From an uncultured Thermodesulfobacteriota bacterium (GTDB lineage: Bacteria; Desulfobacterota; BSN033; WVXP01), in the NCBI GenBank assembly GCA_964347335.1, contig CAYFYO010000003.1:6180-70179 (forward strand): a DNA stretch of 64,000 bases. The letters run 5' to 3'. Of this stretch, positions 1-9,479 are shown piece by piece. The position numbers and the translations under genes were made by a program. The notes beneath the pieces were generated by a model that worked only from the letters and a program-made list of their open reading frames with translations, had not been told where the DNA came from and searched no databases. The number at the start of each line of letters is the position of its first letter. Position 1 is the stretch's first letter.

Positions 1-594
1 GGCATCATCATGGCGCTTCAAGCCGCCTACCAACTGAGAAGAGTGGGTGCCCTCATTTACGTGGCCGATCTTGTTGGGATCTCGATTACCAGAGAACTCG
101 GGCCCCTGCTGACGGCAATCATCCTCGCCGGCAGAAGTGGCTCGGCCTTCGCAGCTGAAATTGGTTCAATGAAGGTGGCCGAGGAGATCGATGCCATGGT
201 GGCAATGGGCCTTAACCCGACCAAATTTCTGGTTTTGCCGAAGATGGTGGGGATCATGATCATGCTTCCGAGCCTCGTTCTCATCGCCGACTTCGTGGGG
301 ATTGCTGGCGGATTTCTCATCGCCGTGGGAAGCCTGGGCCTGAACTTTGAGCGGTATCTTACTCAGACGGTGAACGCGCTGGTTCTGAGCGATGTCGTGA
401 CTGGGTTGACGAAAGGTCTCGTTTTCGCACTCATCATAGGATTTGTTGGCTGCCATGAGGGCTTCAGCGTGGATCGTGGAGCCGAGGGTGTCGGGCTAAG
501 AACAACCCGGTCGGTCGTGACCGGCATATTCCTGATTATTCTGGCTGACTGTTTTTTCACGGTTTTGTTCTACCTATTTGGTCAACCGGCATGA
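1..594 (+). CDS. mlaE: MlaE-like ABC transporter permease (5'-truncated by window edge)
   Basis: Multi-TM hydrophobic C-terminal part typical of the YrbE/MlaE family; followed by MlaF and MlaD-like genes. Confidence 0.7.
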   Translation, partial: GIIMALQAAYQLRRVGALIYVADLVGISITRELGPLLTAIILAGRSGSAFAAEIGSMKVAEEIDAMVAMGLNPTKFLVLPKMVGIMIMLPSLVLIADFVGIAGGFLIAVGSLGLNFERYLTQTVNALVLSDVVTGLTKGLVFALIIGFVGCHEGFSVDRGAEGVGLRTTRSVVTGIFLIILADCFFTVLFYLFGQPA

Positions 595-1414
595 AAATCG
601 AACTGGAGAGAGGCGAATCGTGTCGGATTCTGTGATCGAAGTTATCGATTTGGTCACTCACTATGGACACCTCAAGGTTCTGGACGGCGTGTCTTTCAAA
701 ATACCCAGAGGCGAAATCACGGTCATCGCGGGGAGCAGTGGTTGCGGCAAAACAACCCTCTTAAGAAATATGATCGGACTCCTGAAGCCAACTTCTGGCA
801 AGATCCTGCTTCGAGGGGAGGATATCGTCACCATGTCCGAGAAAGACCTCTACCGGATGAGAACTCGGCAGGGTGTGCTTTTTCAAAGCGGCGGGTTACT
901 GAATTCGATGACCCTCGCCGATAATGTGGCCCTTCCCTTACGGGAGCATACAGAATTGGAGGAAAGCACACTTCGGATTATGACCCGGATGAAGCTCGAG
1001 CTCGTCGGGCTCCTTGGGTTTGAGGGATTCTTCCCCTCAGAACTCAGCGGAGGGATGAAGAAACGGGCCGGACTGGCCAGGGCCATCTCGATGGATCCTG
1101 AAATTCTCTACTTCGACGAACCGACCGCCGGGTTAGACCCGGTTACCTCGGCCGAGATGGACGAGCTCATCTTGAAACTGAAGAAGACCTTTAACATGAC
1201 GATTGTGGTCGTAACCCATGAGCTTCCCAGTATTAGAAAGATTGGGGATTGGGTCGTCATGTTAGACCGGGGAAAGGTGGTTTTTTCGGGAACGCTTCAG
1301 GAGATACTGGCGTGCGAGGATCAGACGGTACGGCGATTCCTCGATCGTCAGCCTGGGGATATGGTCTACGATAGTGAAACTTACCTTAATGCGATCACGG
1401 GTATCGAAGTCTAG
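578..1414 (+). CDS. mlaF: MlaF-like ABC transporter ATP-binding protein
   Basis: Walker A GSSGCGKTT, ABC signature LSGGMKKRAGLARA, Walker B ILYFDEP; alternative in-frame GTG start at 620 behind a GGAGAG RBS. Confidence 0.85.
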   Translation: MVNRHENRTGERRIVSDSVIEVIDLVTHYGHLKVLDGVSFKIPRGEITVIAGSSGCGKTTLLRNMIGLLKPTSGKILLRGEDIVTMSEKDLYRMRTRQGVLFQSGGLLNSMTLADNVALPLREHTELEESTLRIMTRMKLELVGLLGFEGFFPSELSGGMKKRAGLARAISMDPEILYFDEPTAGLDPVTSAEMDELILKLKKTFNMTIVVVTHELPSIRKIGDWVVMLDRGKVVFSGTLQEILACEDQTVRRFLDRQPGDMVYDSETYLNAITGIEV

Positions 1415-1430
1415 TCTTGGGCGGTAAGGG

Positions 1431-2405
1431 ATGATGAAGCACAAAACAGAAGAGATCAAAGCTGGATTAGTCCTCCTGGCTGCACTCTTAATTTTTAGCG
1501 CCATGGTGGTCCTCATTGGCGGATCACGGTTTTGGGAAAAACAAGATGTCTATCACATCAAGTTTTCAGCCATTGGCGGATTAGAATCGGGTGCCGCGGT
1601 TCGTCTTGGAGGGTTTCGGGTTGGACGGGTGATGAAGATTGCCGTTGCTCCCGATGACGTTTCAAAGCTCGAAGTCACCATTGCCGTCAAACCCGAAACG
1701 CCCGTCTATGAGGGCGTTGTCGCCGGGGTATACACCCTCGGCATCGTCGGTGATTACTACGTCCTTCTGACTCAGAATCCCGAGGCAACGGAGCCTCTTC
1801 CTCCAGGAAGTGAGATCCCGTCACGAGATATGGTGGAAATGGGAGACTTACTCGCCCAAGCCGCACAACTCTCTCAGACCCTGAGTTCTTCGATCGAGTC
1901 GGTGGTCGGCGCCATCAATCGCACGCTCAGTGACGAGAATATCCAACACATCCAGGCAGCACTTCAGGGAATAGATCGGTTTGCAACCGAAGGGGAAAAA
2001 ACCATTTCAGCAATAGCAGTCGATCTCCGGAGCGTGCTCAAAAGACTGGATACCGCCTTAGTGAATGCCGACGACCTCATGTTGAAGAATCGAGAGAATA
2101 TCGAAGGCACCATTCTCGCGATTAGAGTCCTGGCAGAACGACTGGACACGCTCTCGCTCAATCTCAATCAAACCGTCATGGAAAACCGCGAGAACTTGCA
2201 CGCGACCATCACGACCTTCAAAGAGGGCGGTCAAAAAGCAGGACAACTCATCGACAATCTTAACGGCCGTGTCGCCGTCACCGGCGACTACCTTGATGAG
2301 ACCATGATCAACCTCATGGAGGTCTCGGAGAATCTTCGGCTTCTGTCGAGTCAACTGAAGAGACAGCCATGGCGTCTCATCTACGGAACGGGAGACAGGG
2401 AATGA
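1431..2405 (+). CDS. mlaD: MlaD/MCE-domain substrate-binding protein with long helical C-terminus
   Basis: N-terminal TM helix, MCE-like core (GGLESGAAVRLGGFRVGRV), coiled-coil tail; operon position after the ATPase. Confidence 0.75.
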   Translation: MMKHKTEEIKAGLVLLAALLIFSAMVVLIGGSRFWEKQDVYHIKFSAIGGLESGAAVRLGGFRVGRVMKIAVAPDDVSKLEVTIAVKPETPVYEGVVAGVYTLGIVGDYYVLLTQNPEATEPLPPGSEIPSRDMVEMGDLLAQAAQLSQTLSSSIESVVGAINRTLSDENIQHIQAALQGIDRFATEGEKTISAIAVDLRSVLKRLDTALVNADDLMLKNRENIEGTILAIRVLAERLDTLSLNLNQTVMENRENLHATITTFKEGGQKAGQLIDNLNGRVAVTGDYLDETMINLMEVSENLRLLSSQLKRQPWRLIYGTGDRE

Positions 2406-3019
2406 ACATGAAATACGCGAAGTTTCTTCTTCTCCTCACTGGAATCTACTATGGATGTGCGGCGGGTCCTTCGCCGAGATACTACCGTGTCCCGCTCGAC
2501 ACCTCAGCAATCTTTGAGGCCTCCTATCAATCTCATACCGAGTCCTTGCGGGTCGCACGTTTCCACGCCGTTAATCCCCTCCGCCAGGATAGCATCGTCA
2601 CGTACCGAACCGAATCGGCCCTCGTCGACTTCTCAAGCAATGACCTTTGGGAGAGTTCTCCTTCGGATATTGTAACTCGGAACCTGGCAGAGGCTTTCCG
2701 GACAAGCCGGCTCTTCAGTCGAGTCGATGAAAAGCCGGCTCGAATGCCAGCAGACTATGTAATCAGAGGAAGAATCCTGCGGTTTAACCGGCTGAGAACA
2801 CAGGACGGATCATATGGGGAGGTTTGGCTAGAGGTCGAATTTGTTAACCAGAAAACCCGTGAAATCCTTTGGTCTGCCGTAATCAGGGATCTACAAAAGG
2901 CCGACACGGATAATACCGAGGCGGTGATCCAAGCCATGAGCAAGGCTTTGGGTCAGTGCATTCTCCAGATAGTCCAACAAGTCAAACAAACGACAGCGTC
3001 CCATCTGCATATCGAATGA
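2402..3019 (+). CDS. ABC-transport auxiliary lipoprotein (DUF330/YmbA-like)
   Basis: Lipobox LLTGIYYGC; start overlaps the mlaD stop; common fourth component of Mce/Pqi-type operons. Confidence 0.6.
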   Translation: MNMKYAKFLLLLTGIYYGCAAGPSPRYYRVPLDTSAIFEASYQSHTESLRVARFHAVNPLRQDSIVTYRTESALVDFSSNDLWESSPSDIVTRNLAEAFRTSRLFSRVDEKPARMPADYVIRGRILRFNRLRTQDGSYGEVWLEVEFVNQKTREILWSAVIRDLQKADTDNTEAVIQAMSKALGQCILQIVQQVKQTTASHLHIE

Positions 3020-3639
3020 GCGTATTTTTAGCTTCGAGGTTAGAGACTTCCGCTCACCATTCCAAGATCCTCTTTTTCAAACCGACCGAGCCTGCAATCG
3101 TCGTGAATCTCCAGAATTCCTGAATCAGCCGGGCGAGGCGTGATCCGCGGTCTGATCTCAACCCTCTACGACGCTTCCGGTGAAATTATTGGAGTTTCCG
3201 GATTTTTTGGTTTCTCGCCTAACGAATATTCGCCCAACTTCCTCTGAGCCCTCCTTCAAATGTTTTGGTTCACAAACCTTCGAGATAAGGGAAAAGGAGT
3301 GTAGCGACACTCGGAATCGGATTTTTTGCACTTATCTCAATTCATGAAAGCGCATGAAGTCCGTTTCTCCATCTCTCGCAGAACGCGCTGAGATCTCTGA
3401 GTCTTGACCTGAATCGCTGAGCGGGTGAGAGAGAGTGTGGTCGGGCATTGTCCTGAAAAGCCAATATGAAGACATCTGATGCATCCGGATTCGTTATCTC
3501 ACCCATGGCGCGTTTTTTCAGATAACTCCAGTGAAATTATGGTTGATTTTTGGATTTTGGTTGCTAGAATTGATAGAGTCGAAGGCGGCCACATTCTCGG
3601 GAGCCACAGCTCAAGAGTCAGTTTTGGATTGGGGGTATC

Positions 3640-3927
3640 ATGAGGAGGAATAGTTTTATCGTTTCAATAATCATCCTGATGCTAGTCTCTCCAACGGCTG
3701 GATTTGCATCTGAAGAGGAGGCCCTGGCGGAGGTCGTCGTGAGACCGCTTGGACTTGCCGGTCTTGTCGTCGGTTCTGCGGTCTTTCTCGTCACCCTTCC
3801 GGCTTCTATCCTAGTTGGAGGAAGCGACAAGATGGCCGAGGTTCTTGTCAAGAGGCCGTACCAATTCACATTTCAAAGGGGTATGGGTGAGGGGCTGAAG
3901 CGTTCAGAGTATCCCTCAGATTTCTGA
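3640..3927 (+). CDS. small hypothetical membrane/secreted protein
   Basis: 95-aa ORF with signal-peptide-like N-terminus (cleavage GFA/SEE) and a second hydrophobic helix; RBS GGGGG upstream. Confidence 0.3.
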   Translation: MRRNSFIVSIIILMLVSPTAGFASEEEALAEVVVRPLGLAGLVVGSAVFLVTLPASILVGGSDKMAEVLVKRPYQFTFQRGMGEGLKRSEYPSDF

Positions 3928-4260
3928 GAGATAGAAAAGCTGTTTCCAAAGTGCATTGAGTACACTGCATCGCTAGACCTCGCAAAAACATGAGGCTCAG
4001 GATATGCCAGGGTGTAAGAGCAGGAAAGTCTTTGCCCTGACTTTTCCATCTCTCCGCATTTGCTCTTGACCCCGCAAACGAGAAGATTCCAAAACAGACA
4101 GACTGCGTCCCTCGGAGGCGGCCTGCGGAAAAGGGTATCTGAGCCCAAAAAATGCTCCCTCGACCAGTCAATTGAGTGAAACGAAAGCGAGCGCGCGGTG
4201 GGAGAAGCCGAACCTCTTTCCCGATGAGATCCTAGAAAAACCAGCCGGGTTGTCTCCAGA

Positions 4261-5001
4261 TTGGATACGATGAACCCCATCGTTTATGCCTCGGCGATTG
4301 CAATGGTATCCCTTTTTGTCAGGGGATTCACAGGCTTTGGGTCTGCCCTTGTCATGACCCCCCTCTTGCTCTTTTTCTTCAACATCCGGACAACAGTCGT
4401 CGCGACGGCAATTGTAGAGATCCTGGGAAGTTTTTGGATCACCATTCAGGCCAGAAACGACTTCGATCGGCCCTACCTCACGATCCTTCTTCCCGTAGGC
4501 ATTTTCGGTATGCTTGCAGGCTCCTATGGCTTGGCCAATATCGACAGCGATTTGCTCAAACGAGTCTTTGGGGTTGTCACGGTTGTTTTTGCCATAAGGA
4601 TTATTCTCACTCTGCGCCAACCCCAGACAGCGAAGAAGACCTGGCCCAAGGGGTTCGGTTATCTGGCCGGTGCTTTGAGCGGTCTGCTCGGAGGACTCTT
4701 TGGTACAGCCGGGCCGCCCATCGTCGTGTTCTTGGAAAACCAGGTGAAAAACAAGAATGTGGTCAGGGCAACCCTGCTCGCTTATTTCATCGTCATAGAT
4801 ATTTTGCGTCTCATCCCGTACACACTCTCTCGGCTTGTGACGTGGCAGGTCCTCGAGATCAGCGCTGCCATGTTCCCGGCTTCACTGCTCGGGGCCTACC
4901 TTGGCAAGAGGTTTCACACGAGGGTCGGCGAAGGGGCCTTCCGATTTGCTGTGGGTAGCCTTCTCGCGATCACAGGTGTATTTCTCGCCCTTGGGCATTA
5001 G
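4261..5001 (+). CDS. TauE/SafE (DUF81) family sulfite/anion exporter
   Basis: About 8 TM helices with two glycine-rich repeats (GFTGFGSALVMTP and GGLFGTAGPP). Confidence 0.7.
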   Translation: MDTMNPIVYASAIAMVSLFVRGFTGFGSALVMTPLLLFFFNIRTTVVATAIVEILGSFWITIQARNDFDRPYLTILLPVGIFGMLAGSYGLANIDSDLLKRVFGVVTVVFAIRIILTLRQPQTAKKTWPKGFGYLAGALSGLLGGLFGTAGPPIVVFLENQVKNKNVVRATLLAYFIVIDILRLIPYTLSRLVTWQVLEISAAMFPASLLGAYLGKRFHTRVGEGAFRFAVGSLLAITGVFLALGH

Positions 5002-5116
5002 TCTTTCCGTGAATCGGGAATACCCGGAGGTGAGGTTCTTCCCGACCCCAAAGGTTCGACGGAGACATCGTCTCTTGACCGGCAGTGAGGCGAAACCAAC
5101 GGACAGGTAGAAACCC

Positions 5117-6520
5117 TTGAACCTTTCAGATGAAAAGAACCCTTCCGCAGGAAAAATGGTCGGTGAGCCGATGATTTCAGTGGGAGTGATGACTGTCCAA
5201 GAGCCTATTGAATTCCGTCTGGTTACGAGCTTTGAGGCCAACAGAAAAATGCGACTCTCTCCAGGAGAATACCGAGTTCGTCTTGATGGAGGCAGGATCT
5301 CTCTGCTCACGAACAAAGGTCAGGCCGTCATGCGAGCGCATTCACTCAGGCTGCTCCCCAGGCATCTTCGAGGAAGCCCTTTGGTTCTCAGACAGGTACC
5401 CATCGGGATAGGCTTCCACTGGGAGGAGAAGCAGGACTTGACTTTGCAGGGTGAATTCCACATCGAATGTCCCGAAGGAGAAGAGTTGCTCGTCATCAAC
5501 AGACTCCCTCTCGAGACTTACCTGTCCAGTGTCCTTGGTTCGGAAATGAGCGGCACTGCTCCGCTCGAGTTCCTAAAGGCCCATGCGGTCATCTCCAGAA
5601 GCTGGGCGCTTCGGAGAATGGAGAGAAAGGGTGCCATCGCCTCACCCGCTTCTCGGCCGACTGAGCCAACAGAGGGAACAATCCTTCGTTGGACCGGGGC
5701 AGAGAGTCATGAGGCCTTCGATGTTTGTGCCGATGACCACTGCCAGCGGTACCGTGGATTCCTAAAAGAGACCGCGCGTCCGACCAAACGGGCGGTCCAG
5801 GAGACCCGTGGGGAAATCCTCGTTTACGGAAATGAGATCTGTGACACCCGGTATAGCAAATGCTGTGGAGGAATGACGGAGAATTTCAAAACGGCATGGG
5901 AGGATCTGGACGTTCCTTATCTGCGAGGCCTACCCGATAACGACCACCCACCCTCGGGGTTTTGCTTCCCCCTGTCCGAGAATCGTCATGCCGAAGCATG
6001 GATCACCGGCTCCCCAGACGCCTTCTGCAATACGAGAGAAAGAGAACTCTTCGAAGCGATCCTTTCACCGATTGATCGGCAGACGACTGATTTCTACCGA
6101 TGGCAGATTTCGTACTCCCAAGAGGAAATCTCCGAGATCGTCTCCCAGAAAACGGGGAGACGACTCGGATGGATTCGCGATCTTTTCCCCGTCGAGCGGG
6201 GCGTCTCTGGTCGGATTTTTCGCCTCCGAATCTTGGGAACGTCACTGAACCTCACCGTTGGGAAGGAGCTCGAAATCCGTCGGATTCTCTCGCCCACACA
6301 CCTCTTTAGCTCAGCCTTCATCGTCGAGAAAGAACCAGGGAATCAAGGCATTCCCTCGGTCTTTCGATTTGTTGGAGCTGGATGGGGTCATGGGGTCGGA
6401 CTCTGCCAGATAGGCGCAGCGGCCATGGCCACTCGGGGTAGGTCATACCGGGAAATCTTGCGCCACTATTTCCCGGGTACGCGCCTCACAAAGCGTAACG
6501 GCGATTCGGAGGTTCGTTGA
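5117..6520 (+). CDS. SpoIID/LytB-domain protein (amidase enhancer family)
   Basis: C-terminal GAGWGHGVGLCQIGAAAMA motif characteristic of SpoIID/LytB; start uncertain (TTG 5117 or ATG 5153). Confidence 0.7.
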   Translation: MNLSDEKNPSAGKMVGEPMISVGVMTVQEPIEFRLVTSFEANRKMRLSPGEYRVRLDGGRISLLTNKGQAVMRAHSLRLLPRHLRGSPLVLRQVPIGIGFHWEEKQDLTLQGEFHIECPEGEELLVINRLPLETYLSSVLGSEMSGTAPLEFLKAHAVISRSWALRRMERKGAIASPASRPTEPTEGTILRWTGAESHEAFDVCADDHCQRYRGFLKETARPTKRAVQETRGEILVYGNEICDTRYSKCCGGMTENFKTAWEDLDVPYLRGLPDNDHPPSGFCFPLSENRHAEAWITGSPDAFCNTRERELFEAILSPIDRQTTDFYRWQISYSQEEISEIVSQKTGRRLGWIRDLFPVERGVSGRIFRLRILGTSLNLTVGKELEIRRILSPTHLFSSAFIVEKEPGNQGIPSVFRFVGAGWGHGVGLCQIGAAAMATRGRSYREILRHYFPGTRLTKRNGDSEVR

Positions 6521-6645
6521 AAATCTGGAAACCATATGCTAGATTTCCTGTAAACGATCACGGGATACAATGACCCTCAGGAAATCTGTGCATCCTCTTC
6601 CAAACTAGCGACAGGGGCTCAGAGTGAGCAGAGAATCTACGCTCT

Positions 6646-6682
6646 TTTTGCCCGATCGTGAGCTTTCGATCGGGCAAAAAAG
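6646..6682. other. perfect 14-bp inverted repeat hairpin
   Basis: TTTTTGCCCGATCG-tgagcttt-CGATCGGGCAAAAAA, seen directly in the sequence. Confidence 0.5.
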
Positions 6683-6905
6683 CTCAGTCCTTCCGGCGTA
6701 TTCACCGAGAGACAAATTGAAGGAGCCGGCAAATAGGGCGTCTCTCTGCCTGTCCTTTCCATACCGCCGGAGGCGGTAGCACGCATTTCATTGGGCCCCC
6801 CTGCCCAATGGAGATCTTCCCTCCTCGGCGGCCTCTGTTTCTCTGCGGGAGAGTCATTCCCGATCTGGGATAGGTTGCAAATTCACTCCGATTGAGGACT
6901 CATCG

Positions 6906-9479
6906 GTGGATCAAAGGATCGATCAGATTTTTCCCCTCGTATCTTGCCCAGCCCGTTACATGGGTGGGGAAAAGAATGCCGTCCAGAGGCCTTCTGACCA
7001 CGTCGAACTCCGGGTTGCCCTCGCCTTTCCCGATGTTTACGAGGTGGCCATGTCTCATGTGGGATTGGATATTCTGTACAACATCCTGAATCGAAGAGAG
7101 AATACTATCGCCGAACGGGTTTTCGCCCCATGGCCCGATATGGAAGGTCACATGAGGGCCAGAGGGATCCCTCTCGTAACACTCGAATCCTCTCGCCCCC
7201 TGCGGGATTTCGATGTTGTCGGCTTTTCACTCCAGTACGAACTCAGTTACACCAACCTTTTGAACATGCTCGATCTTGCTGGAATTCCCGTCTACGCCCG
7301 AACCCGTGGTGACGAATTTCCACTCGTGATCGCCGGTGGACCCAGCACGACTAATCCCGAGCCTATCGCAGACTTCTTGGATGCCGCCGTGATTGGAGAG
7401 GGCGAGGAGGTCATTTTGGAGATCTGCGATCGTGTCATCGAAGGAAAAAAGAATGGACGATCAAAAGCATCCCTGTTAGACGAACTCTCGCAGATCGAGG
7501 GGGTTTACGTCCCCTCCCTTTTCCATGTGGACTACCATAAGAACGGGAAGGTCAAGAGGATCGTTCCCCTTCGGGAGGATTACGGTCATGTCAGGAGAAG
7601 GATTGTTCACGATCTCAATAATATCTCCTATCCGACCGATCCCGTCGTGCCATGGTTGAAAGCAATCCATGACCGGCTGAGTGTTGAAATCGCCCGTGGA
7701 TGCAAGCGGGGCTGTCGATTTTGTCATGCGGGGTATATTTATCGCCCGTACCGCGAGCGAAGACCGGAAATCATCGAGGATATCATCAGAAAATCGCTTG
7801 ACACAACGGGCTACGAAGAGCTCTCTTTCCTCTCCCTCAGCACTGGAGACTATGGGGACATCGAGACCCTTCTCGCCAGGGTCATGGACCATTGTCAGAG
7901 AGGAAATGTGGCCCTTTCCTTTCCATCCCTTCGGGTGGAGACGCTAAACTCGGAGATGGTCCAGCAGATCAAAAGGGTTCGAAAAACAGGATTCACTTTG
8001 GCTCCGGAGGCAGCGACAGAGAGGCTGAGGCGGGTCATCAACAAGGAAATGGACGAGGAGAATCTGCTCGAGACAGCGAGAACGATTTACCACCATGGCT
8101 GGAACCTCATCAAACTCTACTTTATGATTGGCCTCCCGACCGAAACCGATGACGACGTGAGGGAGATGATTCATCTGGCCGAAAAGGTTCTCAAACAGGG
8201 CAAAGGGCTTAAGAGGCCCCCCCGCCTCAATGTGAGCGTATCGACCTTTGTGCCGAAACCCCATACCCCTTTCCAATGGGAACCCCAATTCACGCTGCCA
8301 GAGATACGTCTCAGACAGGAACTGCTTCAGAAAGGATTGAACTCTGGGAGAATCCGGTTCAAGTGGCATGACCCTAGGATGAGCCTTTTGGAGGGAGCAT
8401 TCTCCCGGGGCGGCAGGGAATTGTTTCGAGTCATTCACGATGCATGGCAAATGGGGTGCCGATTCGATGGCTGGAGCGAGTCTTTCAATTGGAAACGCTG
8501 GCTGAAAGCCTTTGAGAGGAATGGCATTGCCATCGATGCTTACACCCGACGCAGGGGGTTTTCTGAAATCCTCCCATGGAGCCATATTAAGTGCGGGGTT
8601 ACCGAGGGGTTTCTCAGAAATGAATGGGAGCGGTCCAGGGGGGAAGCCGGAACGCCTTCGTGTCGGACGGCGTGCACGGCATGTGGGATATGTGATGGAA
8701 AAGAAACCGCGGTGGTCTCTTGGAAGAAGCGCGAGAACCCTCCCGTCTCGACGATGCCCGTCCGAAAAAAAGGGGAGAAACCCATCACCCTCATCTTGGA
8801 ATTCGAGAAAGCAGGCCCTGCCAGGTTCCTGGGCCATCTCGACATGGCGAGAGCATTTCATCGTGCTGCGAGACGAGCGCGCATTCCCCTTCGATATTCC
8901 CAGGGCTTCCATCCTGCCCCCAGGATAAGTTTTGAAAGCGCTTTGGCCCTTGGCCTGGAGAGTCTGTGCGAGAAGATGAAATGGCAACTCGACATCCCCG
9001 TAGCCGATGAGTTGCTCCTGGCCGGAGTGAATCGGGAACTGCCTCCGGGACTCCACATCAAGCGACTCCTCCATGTCGGAGGAAAGCACCGTTTTGTCGG
9101 AGGAGCCGAGATGTGGTATCGGTACCTCGTGGCATTTCCCGAGGGTGTGTCGATGAGGCTTCAAAATCGGGTTCAGGAGTTCCTTGCGAGTGACCGATGG
9201 ATCGTGTCATGGGATGGGAAAGAACAGGAATATAACATCCGGCCCCATTTCGAATCGGTGATCCTTGCCAATGCGGTCTCTCTTGACGAATCTGTGATGG
9301 ATGTCTGGGCCGACCTTATCTGCGAGAAGGCGGGCTTTCTGGAAGTCATATTTCATCGAAGAGACAACATGAAGATTCGGATTGACAGAGCCCTCAGCAC
9401 AATGCTGTCTCTATCTGAGGAAACGAGGAGCCAGATCAGAATTCTCAAACTCGATGGGGCGAGCGCTCATGGTCGCTGA
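6906..9479 (+). CDS. radical SAM protein, B12-binding/rSAM domain fused to DUF2344-like C-terminal domain (TIGR03960/TIGR03936-type)
   Basis: GTG start; CxxxCxxC motif ARGCKRGCRFC; MGGEKN N-terminus; classic partner of RNase E/G genes; 857 aa. Confidence 0.8.
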   Translation: MDQRIDQIFPLVSCPARYMGGEKNAVQRPSDHVELRVALAFPDVYEVAMSHVGLDILYNILNRRENTIAERVFAPWPDMEGHMRARGIPLVTLESSRPLRDFDVVGFSLQYELSYTNLLNMLDLAGIPVYARTRGDEFPLVIAGGPSTTNPEPIADFLDAAVIGEGEEVILEICDRVIEGKKNGRSKASLLDELSQIEGVYVPSLFHVDYHKNGKVKRIVPLREDYGHVRRRIVHDLNNISYPTDPVVPWLKAIHDRLSVEIARGCKRGCRFCHAGYIYRPYRERRPEIIEDIIRKSLDTTGYEELSFLSLSTGDYGDIETLLARVMDHCQRGNVALSFPSLRVETLNSEMVQQIKRVRKTGFTLAPEAATERLRRVINKEMDEENLLETARTIYHHGWNLIKLYFMIGLPTETDDDVREMIHLAEKVLKQGKGLKRPPRLNVSVSTFVPKPHTPFQWEPQFTLPEIRLRQELLQKGLNSGRIRFKWHDPRMSLLEGAFSRGGRELFRVIHDAWQMGCRFDGWSESFNWKRWLKAFERNGIAIDAYTRRRGFSEILPWSHIKCGVTEGFLRNEWERSRGEAGTPSCRTACTACGICDGKETAVVSWKKRENPPVSTMPVRKKGEKPITLILEFEKAGPARFLGHLDMARAFHRAARRARIPLRYSQGFHPAPRISFESALALGLESLCEKMKWQLDIPVADELLLAGVNRELPPGLHIKRLLHVGGKHRFVGGAEMWYRYLVAFPEGVSMRLQNRVQEFLASDRWIVSWDGKEQEYNIRPHFESVILANAVSLDESVMDVWADLICEKAGFLEVIFHRRDNMKIRIDRALSTMLSLSEETRSQIRILKLDGASAHGR

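Noticed and set aside
5108-5125. CCTTGAACC string shared with the repeat-element ends, just before the SpoIID start
   Set aside because: Only a 9-mer match with no flanking similarity. Judged coincidental.
6646-6682. Hairpin as bidirectional intrinsic terminator
   Set aside because: The T-tract is on the 5' side and the A-tract on the 3' side for both strands, so neither transcript would get the U-run required after the stem. Kept as an unexplained palindrome instead.
7944-9164. 406-aa minus-strand ORF inside the radical-SAM gene
   Set aside because: Entirely antisense to a well-supported coding region with strong homology; no motifs. Typical GC-rich antisense ORF artefact. Same reasoning applies to 4168-4620, 43505-44125, 46539-47156, 55726-56655 and other antisense ORFs in the track.
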